A stretch of DNA of 64,000 nucleotides from Raja brachyura (Eukaryota). Positions 1 to 12,485 of the stretch are shown here, piece after piece. Where the stretch lies: the NCBI GenBank assembly GCA_963514005.1, contig OY740811.1, positions 26,846,001 through 26,910,000 on the forward strand, written 5' to 3'. The translations under genes were made by a program, and so were the position numbers. The notes below the pieces were generated by a model. It was not told where the DNA came from. It was given only the letters and a program-made list of their open reading frames with translations, and did not search any database. The number at the start of each line of letters is the position of its first letter. The first letter of the stretch is position 1.

Positions 1-1560
1 CTAGTAAATCTCCTCTGCACTCTTTGCAGCTTTACAATATCCTAAAAATAAATACAATATTCAAAATTCTGCCTCCTACAACTGCAACACAACATTCCAA
101 GTTCTATACTCAATACTCTGACCGATGCTGGTCAATGTACCAAAACATTCCTTGGCCACAATGTGTGGGAAAGAACTGCAGATGCTGGTTTAAATCGAAG
201 GTAGACACAAAATGCTGGAGTAACTCAGCGGGACAGGCAGCATCTCTGGTGAGAAGGAATGGGTGACGTTTCGGGTATTTTGTGTCTACCCTCCTTGGCC
301 ACCCTACCTACCTGTGACGCCACTTTCAAGGAACTATGTACCTGCACTCCTCGATGCCTGTTATACAACACTCCCCAGGTAACCAGCCATTCACTGTGAA
401 GGTCCTGCCCTGGTTTGATTTCCCAAATTACAATACCTCGCACTTCTCTGCATTAAACTCCATTAACCGTTCCTCAGCCCACTTGCCCAACTAATTAAGA
501 TCCTGCTGAAAATATTGATAACTATCTTTGCGATCTACAATACCACCCACTTTAGTGTAATCTGTAAACTTACTAAACAGGACTTCTACATTTTCATCCA
601 AATCTTGGATATAAACCACACACAGCAATGGTCCCAGTACCATTCCCTAAGGCACACTAGGCACAGGACACCAGTCCAAATAATAACCTTCCACCACTGT
701 TTCCTGATCCCCCACGTACACAACCTTGCTGACTATCCTTAATTAGTCCCTGTCTATGCAAATTCATTTACATCTTATCCCTCATACTCTCTAGTAATTT
801 GCCTACCACAGATGTTAGGCATACTGGACTATAGTTCCCAGAATTTTCTTTGCAGCCCTTCTTAAATAGGGGCACAACACTAGCCACCCTCCAGTCTTCC
901 AGCACCTCACCCGTATTTAATGTTGGTTTATACATCTCAGCCAGGGCATTGAAATTTATTCTCTAGCTTCCCACAGTGTTCTCAGACATACCTGATCAGA
1001 CCTGGGAAATGTATCAACCTTCATACGCCTTAGGATGCTCAACACCTCCTCAATCGTAATAGGGACTGTCCTCAAGACATTTCCATTGACTGTCCTAAAT
1101 GCGGTCTGTAAGGAGCTGCACGTGGACACAATTCCCATAGGAATTCCAGAGTATACAAGCCCAACCGCTCCATTCTATCAACATATGACAGTCCCGCCAT
1201 CCCGGCCATTACCTGGTGAACCTACGCTGCACTCCCTCAATAGCAAGAATGTCCTTCCTCAAATTTGGAGACCAAAACTGCAAATACTCCAGGTGTGATC
1301 TCACTAGGGCCGTGTACAACTGCAGAAGGTCCTCTTTGCTCCTCTACTCAACTCCTCTTGCTATGAAGGCCAACATGCCATTCGCTTTCTTCACTGCTGG
1401 CTGTACCTGCATGAGTAGTTTCAGTGACCGATGAACAAGGACCCCCTGATCCCGTTGTACTTCCCCTTTTCCAAACTTGACACCATTTAGATAATAATCT
1501 GCCTTCCTCATTTTGCCACCAAAGTGGATAACCTCACATTTATCCACTTAAAACTGCATA
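1..1560 (-). mobile_element. Cluster of degraded CR1-clade LINE fragments
   Basis: The minus ORF DKCEVIHFG...[20 protein letters not shown] is a CR1 ORF2 C-terminal region; frameshifted and fragmented. Confidence 0.8.
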
Positions 1561-1859
1561 CTTTCATTTGTATTTCAATGTTCTACCTGCACTGGATGCA
1601 GACAGTAGTGACTGAAGTTGTAATGACATTGATAACTAGATCAGTGATGTACACCACCAGAGGGCAACAAGTCCATGATAGCTCCCTGGAACAATTGGTC
1701 CCCTGCTTCTTCTTCTCCAAATCTACCAGCCGTTGGAAATTGGATATCAGTAATGATCAATGTCAACTTGGATCTGCTTTGTTTAGTCTGCCTTTACATT
1801 ATCTGGAAAAAATCTTATTCAGCTTTGTAGGACTTTGTTTTGACTTATTTAGAGTAGTG

Positions 1860-2320
1860 TAGTTAAGTCTGGGCACCCTATGATTGAAATGATGTGGAGG
1901 CATTGGAGAGGGTTTGGAGCTTTAATGGGAAGCTGATTGGAGAGCATCAGGAGAGAGGCTGGAGAAACCCGATAGAGATTTAGAAAATTATGACAGGCAT
2001 ATTTAGGGCCGACAGTCCCAGGGTAGAAATGTCAAAGACTAGAGGCACAGCTTTAAGGTGAGAGAGGCAAAGTGTAAAGGAGATGTGTAGGACATGTTTT
2101 ACACAGAGTGGTGGGTGCCTGGAATGTATTGTCAGACGTAGTGGTAGTGGCAGATACAATGGCGGCATTGAGGCTTTTGGATAGAAGCATGGATGTACAT
2201 GGAATGGAAGGATTGAGTGTATGTATAGGCAGAAAGGATTAGTTCAAGTAGACATCATGCTTAGCACAGATCTTGTGGGCTGAAGGGCCTCTTCCAGTGC
2301 TGCGTTGTTCTATGTTCTAA
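1860..2320 (+). mobile_element. CR1 LINE 3' end, degraded
   Basis: actagaggcacagctttaagg...ttttacacagagtggtggg...gggctgaagggcct...ttctatgttcta tail. Confidence 0.7.
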
Positions 2321-3572
2321 ATCACACCAGAACTTAGCTTTGTTCTTTCCTGATCTTCACCCATGCTGTTTGAATCATTAACTAGTAAAAGTAACAAGCA
2401 CAAGTATATTTTTACAAACCTGTTGCCACAACCAAGATCAGCAAACTAGGATAGACACAAAATGCTGAGTAACTCAGCGGGATGGGCAACATTCCTGGAG
2501 AGAAGGAATGGGTGACGTTTTGGGTCGAGACTCTTCATCAGACTCAATTCAGCAAACTAGGTATGGGTTTCAATTGTATTGTTTGTGACATAAGCATTTA
2601 GAGAGGGTGCAGAGGAAATTTATCAAAATGCCATCAGCGATGAGGGATTTCAGATTTGTTGAGGGACCAGAAAAAATAGAATTGTTCTTCTTCAAGCAGA
2701 GAAGAATGAGGGGAGATATAATTGTGTTTAGAAACTGTAGATAGTTGAATTGAATAAATAACTAGAGACTCTTTCCAATGATTAGAGGATCCATACCATT
2801 GGAGGTAGGTTTATTTTAAAGAGGATGTAGATTAATTCATAATTTTCATAAAATAAGATTCACCCTCCCAACTATTATAGCTGTTTTCAGTGTCCAGAAC
2901 ATGTTGGACAACTACTGGCAGTGGTAGAGGTGGAGAGTGGGGGTACTTTGATGGTAATTCCAGATATATAGCCAATGGCTGCCTATCCTCATGTCTTCCT
3001 CCAACGTATTTCACTGTGGAAGAAAGATCCATAACTTCAACCTGAAACCACAACCGAACAATTCAGTTGCGACAAGAGATTAACAACAACTTCAAATCCA
3101 TAGGTTATTTGTTCAGTTTATTTTCTCGACAAATGTTCTCTCCCCACCTCTCCTGGTGTGAATCTGAGCTGGGAATGATCACAGGGGACTCTACCCGTCA
3201 GCACAGACAATGAAAGATTGCATTCTGAAAGGTCAGACTTGTATTCCTAAAATGGCCACTAGGCCTGCATAGTTCTGACAACTAAAATCTGTGACAATCA
3301 GTTGCCAGAACACTTTACAACTCAGTCGCAGAGATGTCTTTAGGGACTAGCAAGGCTTTGTGACAGGTTTCAACCATGCTGGATTGGGATCTGCTCTGCC
3401 TCCATCAGTTCCACATTAAGGCGATTGTCTATCGTTTTCCTTCTAAACTGTTCAAGCATAATTTTTTGCAGTTTGTGTGCACCAGCAAGTTTCATCAAGT
3501 GCCAAGGTTATGTGGCGACTGTGTGAACCATCCATTCACTCACAGTTCTTTGTTCTCCAAACACACCTTGGT

Positions 3573-3893
3573 TTAACTGATGCATTCCTGTAGATGGGTT
3601 GTGTCTGTGAGGGTCACCTCGCTGACCGTTGACAGACTCTTTGCTCTCAGGTTCTCCAGTTCATCCTTAATTGCATGCCATTTCCTCACCATTCTCCTCA
3701 TCTCCTCCTGCTTCACCTTCAGCCGCTTCCGCAGCTTCTCATTCTTTTCCAGTGCAGTAAACAGTCTCCTCTTCATCATGCCCAGGTTAGTGGCAGCGTA
3801 GGTGTGATCTGCACCAAGTTTGGTGGAACCATCTTCAGCAGGGGTTGCCAGTGGCTTGTTCTCCTCTCCTCCACCCAGAACTAGCTCAGGCAC
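3573..3893 (-). CDS. THAP3: THAP3 last coding exon
   Basis: ctcatag|GTG CCT GAG...; contains DHTYA and the coiled coil KRRLFTALEKNEKLRKRLK; TAA at 3575-3573. Confidence 0.92.
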   Translation of the reverse strand: MPELVLGGGEENKPLATPAEDGSTKLGADHTYAATNLGMMKRRLFTALEKNEKLRKRLKVKQEEMRRMVRKWHAIKDELENLRAKSLSTVSEVTLTDTTHLQECIS

Positions 3894-6800
3894 CTATGAG
3901 GAGAAATCCATGCAACTGAACAGTCATGTAGTTCAACGAATAAGCACAGATCAAAGGCGAGATTGTCATCTTATTTGTGTGACCAAACTCCTTCTGCAAG
4001 CACAACTGAAACAGGCAAAACATATCCAAGACCATCCATTTTCCTGCACGTGCATAAAATATGAATATGTAACCAAACTACAGATATAATACAAGCACAT
4101 TCTCTCTCTCTCCCCTTATGATTCAGGTTGTATAAATATTGTGATCCAGGAACACCTAAAATTTTGTTTTCCTTAGAATCTCAACAGCTATAAAGTTCAT
4201 AATTAATCTCTTGTTAATCTACCTAATTTTAAATGCCTATATTGAAAATGAATAGTCACATAACTGAGTTAATTAACAATTTAACATTTATATTATCAAA
4301 TATTTAAACGTTTTCAGCCATAGTGTCTCATATGGCCTATTTATTTCAGCTAATATTTCCCCAAAGGAGTGAGTATTCTGACCCCCACCCCCAAACTCAG
4401 GTTTCACATGCCCTGACTTGTTCCAATACCCACCATTTCAAGATTTTCTTCTGCAACTTCAATCTTTAATACTTCACTGATTATTTTCAGTTTTTTCCTT
4501 GCACGATGTCTCTGCTGGAATACAAACAGTCAAACAATGGACCCTAGTTTAGAATAATGGAAGAAAGGACAAAATTCCTTATCCAGGACGTTGTAAAAAT
4601 GATGGTAGACAAAATGCTGGAGAAACTCAGCGGGTGAGGCAGCATCTATGGAGCGAAGGAAATGGGCAACGTTTCGGGTTGAAACCCTTCTTCAGACTGT
4701 AAAAATGATGATGTCTGGGGTACTGGTTCTACAGTCACTGATCATCTTTCAGCACTTGCCGAGGCACTCATTCCTCACAGGGGAGTCTCAACACAACTTT
4801 GTGTTTTCCATTACAATATCTCCTCATGCAACTTTCTTCAAGGCACAGTCACTGAGATTCAGATAGAATCTTTGCTCAGCACAATGGGGATCCTCTTGTT
4901 TGGGATCAAGCATTGCAGATTAGAAAAAAACAATGTAGAGTAAACCTCCCCCCTGTGATCTCAATGTCAACCCCCTTTTGCACATTGGGCCAAATTATAA
5001 ACCTCCTGCATGCAGGATCACAATCTCAATGCTTTAAACCCAGTCCAGATTAAAGCCCAAGACCCAGAGATGAAAAACCACTGTCTATTACTCTGCACCA
5101 CTCTGTCCCTTCACACTCTCATCCTTCAACAAATGGTATATTTCTGAAAAGCCTTTTATGCCTCAAATTAATTCATAATACCATTGCCGATCTTTTCCCT
5201 GTCGGGTCTCCGTTGCCCTTGGGGCCTAACACCGTGGAGCAGCCTCCAGCCGGAACGACCTGGGGGCTCCAGTCACAGAGCCTGCAGATTTACCATCGTA
5301 GGGCTGGACGGCCTCGGAGCATGGGGAGCTGTGGTGGTGCATGGCTGCGACCAGACTTCAGGCTTCGGAGGCTCCAGCTGCAGGCCTCTGGATGGTCCCG
5401 GGTGGGAGACCGCTTTCCGGCACTCCCGCGGCAGCTTCTCCCACCCGAGATGTGCGGCTGAAAACGGCCCGGAGCGGGGCCTGACATCGCCCAGCATGGC
5501 TTTAACAGCCACGGGACTTACCATCGCCTGCCGGGGGCTTTAACATCGGGAGAAGATGGAGAGCAGGGGAGAGACAAGACTTTGCCTTCCATCACAGTGA
5601 GGAGGAGACTCACTGTGATGGATGTCTGTGAGAATTGAGTTGGTTGTGTGTCTTGTATAATTGTTTCTTTGATCCCACCACCAGTCACATCTTCCTACCA
5701 CCAACCCTTTCCACTTTCCGCGGAGACCACTCCCTCGGCAACAGCTAGGTTCACTCATCCCTTCCCACCCAACCCACCCCCTTCTTAGGTACTTTCTCCT
5801 ATGACCACAGGAGATGTAATACCAGTCCCCATACCTCCTCCCTCACTTCCGTCCAGAGACCCCATCAGTCCTTCCAGAGATTCACGTGCACCTCCTCCAA
5901 CCTCATGTACTGCATCCAGTGTTCCCGATGTGGCCTTCTGTACGTTAGCGAGACCAAGTGTAGATTCGCCAATCGTTTTGTTGAACACTTGGGCTCAGTC
6001 CACCAATGTCAAATGGGTCTCCCGGTTGCTAACCAGTTTAACTGCTGTTTCCACTCTTATACTGATCTTTCTGTTCTGGCCTCTTCCTTTGCCAGAATGA
6101 GGCCACAAGCAAACTGGAGAACAGCAACTCGTATTCCATTTGGTAGCTTACACACAACAGTATGAACATGAAATTCAGCAGTTTTAGTAAACTGCTTCTG
6201 CAGTTTGAACATCAAGGGACATTAGCACAAATTACAAGACAGATTTTAAAGAACATCTTAGAGGGTTGCTGAGCCTCTGAACCCCGAGTTCGGGAAGAAA
6301 ATTCCAGAGGTTACATCCTGTGCAATTAAAGTAAGGCTGCTTATTTTGGAGCAGTTAAACCCCAGGATGTCTAGGTGGTCCGAACAAGGTTAATACAGTA
6401 CCTTTACATTATCTGGATAGTGAAAGACTGTGGGTACGGCATTATGCTTCAGATTTTTTCTGTTCCCCCAGGTGTTGAAACACTCTGGTTTGAAGTGGTC
6501 TGAGCAAATAACTGTGTGCTGGTTGGGTTTGAATTCAGCCCTTCCTACATTGTTCATCCATTCTATTAATAGGTCCGGCTTGCTGAATGGAAACCTGCGT
6601 ACATTGGAAAGAGCATCTGAGAATGAAACAATCTGCCTTTCAACAGCAAGCCCTATCCTTACAGCAACTACAGTGCATCAGTCTTATCTGGACAATTCAT
6701 AATCTACCCTATCTTCCATTACCTAGACCTATATTGTCCCCTTTCCTTCCTCTAGGACCGAATACATTATTGCACTATTTTAATTTATTCGTTGATCAAT

Positions 6801-8291
6801 TATGTATATAAATTGTTACTAACTCTCAGTACCCGTATGAATGATGTTGGTTTCTACAGGTTACCTGAGACAGAGAGGCTACTCATATAACAGCACAACA
6901 GGACCTTTGGCCCACGATATCTGTGCTGAACATGATGCCCAGACCAACTCTTATCAGCCTTGGCAATAACCCATACCCCTCTGTTCCTTGCATATCCACA
7001 TTCCTAGCCGAGAGTCACGTTAATGCCATTATTGTATCTACCCCAACCACCACACCCAGCAGCTCATTCCAGGAACTCACCACCCTCTGTGTAAAAAAAA
7101 GTGACTCACACATCTTTAAACTTTGCCCCTCTCATCTTAAAGCTATGCCCTCTAGTGTTTTTTTAAATCCTGGGAAAAAGATTCTGACTGTCTATCCTAT
7201 CTATGCCTCTCATAATGTTATATATATATTTCTATTAGGCATCCCCTCAACCTCCAACGGTCCAAAGAAAACAATCCAAGACAAAATTCTGTTAAACCTT
7301 CCCTGCATCCTTTCCAAAGCCACCAGATCTTTCCTGTAATGGGCGACAAGAACTGCATGTCAAATGCAAGCATACAATATGTGCTCTTTACTACTCTATC
7401 TACTTGTGTTGCCACTTCTACTGAGTTATGACCTTAGACCCTAAGATCCCTCTGTGGGATCCATAATCAATGTTATTAAGGGTCATGCCATTAACTGTAT
7501 AGTTTCCCCTTACATATGACCTCTCAAAGTGCAACACGTTATGCTTGCTTGGATTAAACTCCATCTGCCATTTCTCCACCCATTTCTAGAGCTGGTCTCT
7601 ATCCCACTGTATACTTTGACAGCCTCCCTCACAGTCTGCGATCCCAGCAATCTTGGTGTCATCTGCAAATTTACTAAACAATCCATCCACATTTATGTCC
7701 AAGCTAAATATGGAGGTAGCTGGTCACGAACCTCCGGCGTAAATATTGTCCTTCCACCACAACACTCTGCCTTCTATCAATCAGGTAGTTCTGAAGACAA
7801 CCAAATCACTGTAAATCCCATCTTCTGGATCAGCCTACCATGGGGAACTTTACCAAATGGTCTGATGTGCTATTGATGTTGTACTGTAATTTTACATTTA
7901 CTTTGAATAAAATGGTTATGTTTTACATCCACAAAACAATTATTGATGTTATGCTTTCCTGACAGATTCACTTACCTGTGTAAGGTGAGGTGCTGATACC
8001 TAATTTATTGTATTGTATTTTTATACATTAAACTATTACTCAAATAAAGCGATTGTCCTGCTTTTAATACACTGATTATTAATATTCTGGATCTTAGACA
8101 GATTTACTAGTGGCAAATAAGATATTGGCTCCCCGCTGGTAGTTTTTCACAGCATGTTGCATCGATGATCTACTTCTCTATAGATTGATTCGATATTTTG
8201 CCGAGTCCTTGATTTACCTGTGGAAGGTGAGCTCCTTGTTCTTGCTGCTGTACCTATTGGTACAGTTGAAGGCAGCACACGACTTGGGCAT
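3573..8291 (-). CDS. THAP3: THAP domain-containing protein 3, spliced CDS: join(8291-8218, 6594-6402, 4514-4434, 3893-3573), 222 aa
   Basis: Hand translation gives MPKSCAAFNCTNRYSSKNKELTFHR|FPFSKPDLLIEWMNNVGR...VICSDHFKPECF...KNLKHNAVPTVF (C2CH THAP zinc finger with AVPTVF box), then DHTY (HCF-1 binding motif) and a coiled coil. All introns are GT-AG, the exons total 669 nt in frame, and the gene neighbours PHF13 as in human. Confidence 0.93.
4434..4514 (-). CDS. THAP3: THAP3 coding exon 3 (81 nt)
   Basis: ttccag|CAG AGA CAT...GAA ATG|gtgggt; phase 0-0 and open (QRHRARKKLKIISEVLKIEVAEENLEM). Supported by splice signals and phase only. Confidence 0.72.
5185..5670 (+). mobile_element. GC-rich non-autonomous repeat, partial copy of the same family
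   Basis: acttaccatcg/ctttaacatcg units and gccttccatcacagtgaggagg...gtgatggatgt. Confidence 0.7.
5675..6190 (+). mobile_element. Penelope-like element fragment (GIY-YIG endonuclease region)
   Basis: YCIQCSRCGLLYVSETKCRFANRFVEHL is a degenerate GIY-YIG motif. Confidence 0.8.
6402..6594 (-). CDS. THAP3: THAP3 coding exon 2 (193 nt)
   Basis: cag|G TTT CCA TTC...GTA AAG|gtactg; THAP core W..N, ICSDHF, AVPTVF. Confidence 0.95.
6890..7870 (-). mobile_element. CR1 LINE 3' portion, degraded (in THAP3 intron 1)
   Basis: gtgtcatctgcaaatt is the reverse complement of KFADDT; CR1 3' UTR motif near 6900. Confidence 0.75.
8218..8291 (-). CDS. THAP3: THAP3 coding exon 1 (74 nt)
   Basis: ATG CCC AAG TCG TGT...TTC CAC AG|GTAAAT; encodes MPKSCAAFNCTNRYSSKNKELTFHR. 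Confidence 0.95.
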
Positions 8292-8299
8292 GTCCCAGC

Positions 8300-8730
8300 G
8301 GCGACCCCACTCTTGCCCCCCACAGTAATGGCGACTGCCTGGCAACAACCACCTCGCCGCCGCCCCGCTCTTGCCCCACACAGTAATGGCGGCTGCCTGG
8401 CAACAGTCACCTCGCTCCGGCCCGTACTTTCCCCCACAGTTATGGTGGCGGCCCGGCTATAGCCACCTCGCTGATGCCCCGCTCTAGTCGCCTACAACAA
8501 TGACGGTCGCCCGGCAACGCCCGCCTCGCTGATACTCTGCTCTCGCCGCTGGCAGCAATGGCGGCGCGGCTGCCCCGCAGCAGCCACCTCGCCGATGTCT
8601 CGCTCGCGCCCCACACAGTAATGGCGGACGCCCGGCAACACCCGCTTCGCCGACGCCCCGCGCAAAATGGCGCCACCGCTGGGCAGCGCTCGCTGCGTGT
8701 AGGAACGGCAGGAACGCAAACCACGCGAAT
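8300..8730. promoter_or_regulatory. CpG island / THAP3 promoter-5'UTR built from ~6 degenerate 57-60 bp tandem units
   Basis: GC- and CpG-rich. The unit ccccacagtaatggcgrctgcctggcaacarccacctcgc recurs at about 8317, 8374, 8431, 8490, 8550 and 8609, immediately upstream of the THAP3 ATG. Confidence 0.75.
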
Positions 8731-10190
8731 TAACCTCAAAACACCATCCCTTCCAGAGCAGGCTTTTCCAGACTTAATTTACTGAGGAAAATATATTTGG
8801 GTATTTTTTTTAAAGAGCGAGTTCTTGAAAATAACTGCCCCTGGGGGTTGGGACACGCTCGATGACGCATGCACGATGATGCCAGAGGCGGCATCCAGGT
8901 GCTGTTGTTGTTGTTGGGATGTGTTGGTGCTGTATTTCTTTTAGAAGTTTTGAACACTTTTTCCCCCTATTTAAAAATATTGGAAAGAACACCTGACCTG
9001 GTTTCCCACTTAGAACTTGGCAAAGCTTCAGCTATGCGATTTCCCATACTCCGTCTTTGATCTAGAGAAAGTGAGTGGAGTTGAAGTAATTCAATGTGGG
9101 AATGAGATGACTATCATTGAAGGGGAGCTGGTTGGGCTTCTGTTAAAGAAAGCGAAGGGCCCTTATACCATCTTCACATGGGATACATGTGCAGAGGAAC
9201 TAGTGTGTGACGAATGTGAGCAAATTGGGCCCAAGATATGGGAAAACAAAATCATGGAGGGCATCAGAGATGTTAAAGACATAAATGGGAAAGGACCAGA
9301 CAAAAGATGGAGTTAAAGTAGGAAAAAAAAAGTTTAATAAGAACAGGCTGTGACTATGTTTGCCTGAACAGTCTTGCTTGTGGAGAGGAGAGCTGGCAGG
9401 GCAGAGTCAGAGAATTAGAAGGCTGGACACTGAGAAGGGAAGATCTCGCTAAGTTGGGGTCATGCCACATTTGATATGGCATGGAAGATTTAACTTTTTT
9501 TGCCTTCCATCACTGAGGAATGTGGGGGAGTTGCTGTTGTGGATGTTATAGTTAAAAAAAGTATTTGGGTGTCTTGATTTGCTCTTTAGTGATGTGACTA
9601 TATGGCAATCTGAATTTCACTGAAACTTAATTGATACATGTAACAATAAACAAACCTTAAAACCTTGAGATTTAGCGAATATTGGTGGCGAATTGGCTAA
9701 TTGCAAGATTCCATGTACAATAATTAGATAAATAAACAATAGGTGCAGGAGTAGGATCATCCACATTCAGTAACCCCCCCGTTCCTGCCTTCTCACCATA
9801 TCCCCTGATTCGGCTATCTTTAAGAGCTCTATCTAACTCTCTCTTGAAAGCATCCAGAGAATTGACCTCCACTGCCTTCTGAGGCAGAGAATTCCACAGA
9901 TTCACAACTCTGGGTGAAAACATTTTTCCTCATCTCAGTTCTAAATGGCCTACCCCTTATTCTTAAACAGTGGCCCCTGGTTCTGGACTCCCCCCAACAT
10001 CAGGAACATGTTTCCTGCCTCTAGCATGTCCAATCCCTTAATAATCATATATGTTTCAATAAGATGCCCTCTCATCCTTCTAAATTCCAGAGTATACAAG
10101 CCCAGCCGCTCCATTCTATCAACATATGATAGTCCCGCCATCCCGGGAATTAACCTTGTGAACCTATGCTGCTCTCCCTCAATAGCAAGA

Positions 10191-10369
10191 CTAGCCCCAT
10201 AGCCGAAGCGTTCACGTCGAGGGGCTGGAAACTGAAAGTATCCTGAGCTAATTCTGCTACCACCATAATCTATTGCGACAAGTGATGGCTTACACTGATT
10301 GCGTCCTCTTCAGGACACAATCAGCGACAATGAGGTCAACATTTGTAACAAGATGGAGATGAAAAGAAG
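10191..10369 (+). mobile_element. 179-bp unclassified insert flanked by a 10-bp TSD (aatagcaaga)
   Basis: aatagcaaga at 10181-10190 and 10370-10379; the CR1 sequence is continuous once the insert is removed (compare the copy at ~1240). Confidence 0.8.
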
Positions 10370-11286
10370 AATAGCAAGAATGTCCTTCCTCAAATTTGGA
10401 GACCAAAACTGCACACAATACTCCAGGTGTGGTCTCACTAGGGCCCTGTACAACTGCAGAAGGACCTCTTTACTCCTAACTCCTCTTGTTATGAAGGCTA
10501 ACATGCCATTAGCTTTCTTCACTGCTTGCATGCTGCATGCTTACTTTTAGTGGCTGATGAACAAGGACCCCCAGATCTCTTTGTACTTACCCTTTTCCCA
10601 ACGACACCATTCAGATAATAATCTGCCTTCCTGTTTTTGCCACCAAAGCGGATAACCTCACATTTATCCACATTAAACTGCATCTACAATGCCTACCGCC
10701 CACTCACCCAACCTGTCCAAATCACCCTGCATCCTCCTCACGGTTCACACTGCCACCCAGCTTTGTGTCATCTGCAAATTTGCTAATGTTTGAATCCCTT
10801 CATCTAATGTGTATTGTAAATAGCTGCATTCCCAGCACCGAGCCTTGCGGTACCCCACCAGTCACTGCCTGCCATTCTGAAAGGGACACGTTAATCTTTG
10901 TTTCCTATCTGCCAACCAATTTTGCCCACTAATTTCCTATGTGGGACCTTATCAAATGATTTCTGAACGTCCAGGTGCACTACATCCACTGGCTCTCCCT
11001 TGTCCATTTTCCTTGTTACATCCGCAAAAAATTCCAGAAGATTAGTCAAGCACGATTTCCCCTTCATAAATCCATGCTGACTCGCACCGATCCTGTTACT
11101 GCTATCCAAATTTGCCGCTATTTCATCTTTTATAATTGACTCCAGCATCTTCCCCACCACCAATGTCAGGCTAATTGGTCTATAATTCCCTGTTTCTCTC
11201 TCCCGCCTTTCTTAAAAAGTGGAATAACATTAGTTACCCTCCAATCCACAAGAACTGATCCTGAATCTAGAGAACATTGGAAAATG

Positions 11287-11429
11287 GGGTGGGAGATTGC
11301 AACCTTCACGTGGTCCACCCTGTTTCACGTAATGCAATCAACCCGACGTGCACAAACAAATAGATGTAGTTTTTCATGCCACTTGATCTACAACTTTAGG
11401 CTGTGCACGCCATACGGTAGAAGAAGATA
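11287..11429 (+). mobile_element. 143-bp retroposon 3' end with a (GAA)n tail and a 9-bp TSD (tggaaaatg)
   Basis: TSD at 11278-11286 and 11430-11438; 32 bp of it recur inverted at 34321-34352. Confidence 0.8.
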
Positions 11430-12485
11430 TGGAAAATGATCACCAATGCATCCACAATTTCTAGAGCTACTTCCTTAAGTACCATGGGAGGGAGACCATC
11501 AGGCCATGGGGATTTATCAGCCTTCAGTCCCGTCAGTCAACCCAACACCATTTCCTGCCTAATGTGAATTTCCTTCAGTTCCTCCGCCACCCTAGATCCT
11601 CTGGCCACTGGTCAAAAAGGCAGCATTTACTACAATGTATACCCCTTCCACGTTGACATGTCTATGAAGATAATGTATCAACATTTCCTTCTTCAAGCTA
11701 CTGACAAAGCCAACTAACAACTTCCAATATGTTTTCCTTCCATTGCTCCATTATTCCTTCCACTACCTACACTCTGTTAGTTTCATCAGGTGTATACTGC
11801 CTTTCAGAGGAGCAATCCCATTAGTTCCACTTCTAGTCTCCCAAATACCCCTGCCTTTTATTCACTCTCGCAGATCCCAATCTTTGATTATTTTTGCCAT
11901 TTGCCTGCAGTTAACTTACAGTGGCGAATTAGTGTACACTAGAGTACATGGAGGAAATCTGTACAGTCATGGAGAAAACATGTGATATCTACACAGACAT
12001 CCTTGAAAATCAGAATAAAACGTGATACCTTCAGCTGTCAGCTAGCTGCACAAACTGTTGCACTTATGGGACATCCATTTTTTTCCTCTTCTCTAAATCT
12101 CTAATGGCAATTTTATAAACCAACCTGTAGTGTGAGTGACTATAATACTACTGCAGGATTCACCACCAATAGCAATTATTTTCTATCTACACATACACCT
12201 CACTAATATGGCTAAAGTTCTGCCCAACCTTTTTCCCCTTATCAATGCTCAACTGTTACCCTGAGTATTGAGGGGAACCTTTGAAGTTAGGTGCTATGTG
12301 TATCACTATTCCACATCAAACTGCTCCATACCTGATCTAGGGTCTTGATGGGAAATATAATGAGAATTTTACTCAGGATCACTACTCGTGCTGTTGTTCC
12401 ATTGGTTTGATTTCCTTTATGGTGTGAGAAAGGGCTAAAAGAAAACCATAAGAGGTTCATCAATTAAAATACCAATAGTTAAATC

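Larger units (their letters stand above)
9727..11610 (-). mobile_element. 5'-truncated CR1 LINE (RT to 3' UTR) carrying two nested inserts
   Basis: ORF pieces SQHGFMKGKSCLTNLLEFF...[24 protein letters not shown] and [13 protein letters not shown]. Confidence 0.92.

Noticed and set aside
7976-8040. Initially read as THAP3 coding exon 1 (HLTLHR|gtaagt)
   Set aside because: It has an in-frame TAA upstream and no MPKSC motif; the true exon is 8218-8291. Kept only as a duplication finding.
3573-8291. THAP domain read as a P-element transposase
   Set aside because: No catalytic domain or TIRs; it has the HBM plus coiled-coil architecture and synteny of host THAP3.
8300-8680. Regularly spaced repeats resembling a CRISPR array
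   Set aside because: Whole units are homologous with no unique spacers, the context is eukaryotic, and there are no cas genes.
8440-8785. GC-rich ORFs upstream of THAP3
   Set aside because: By-products of the GC-rich tandem array; not in frame with THAP3 and no domain similarity.
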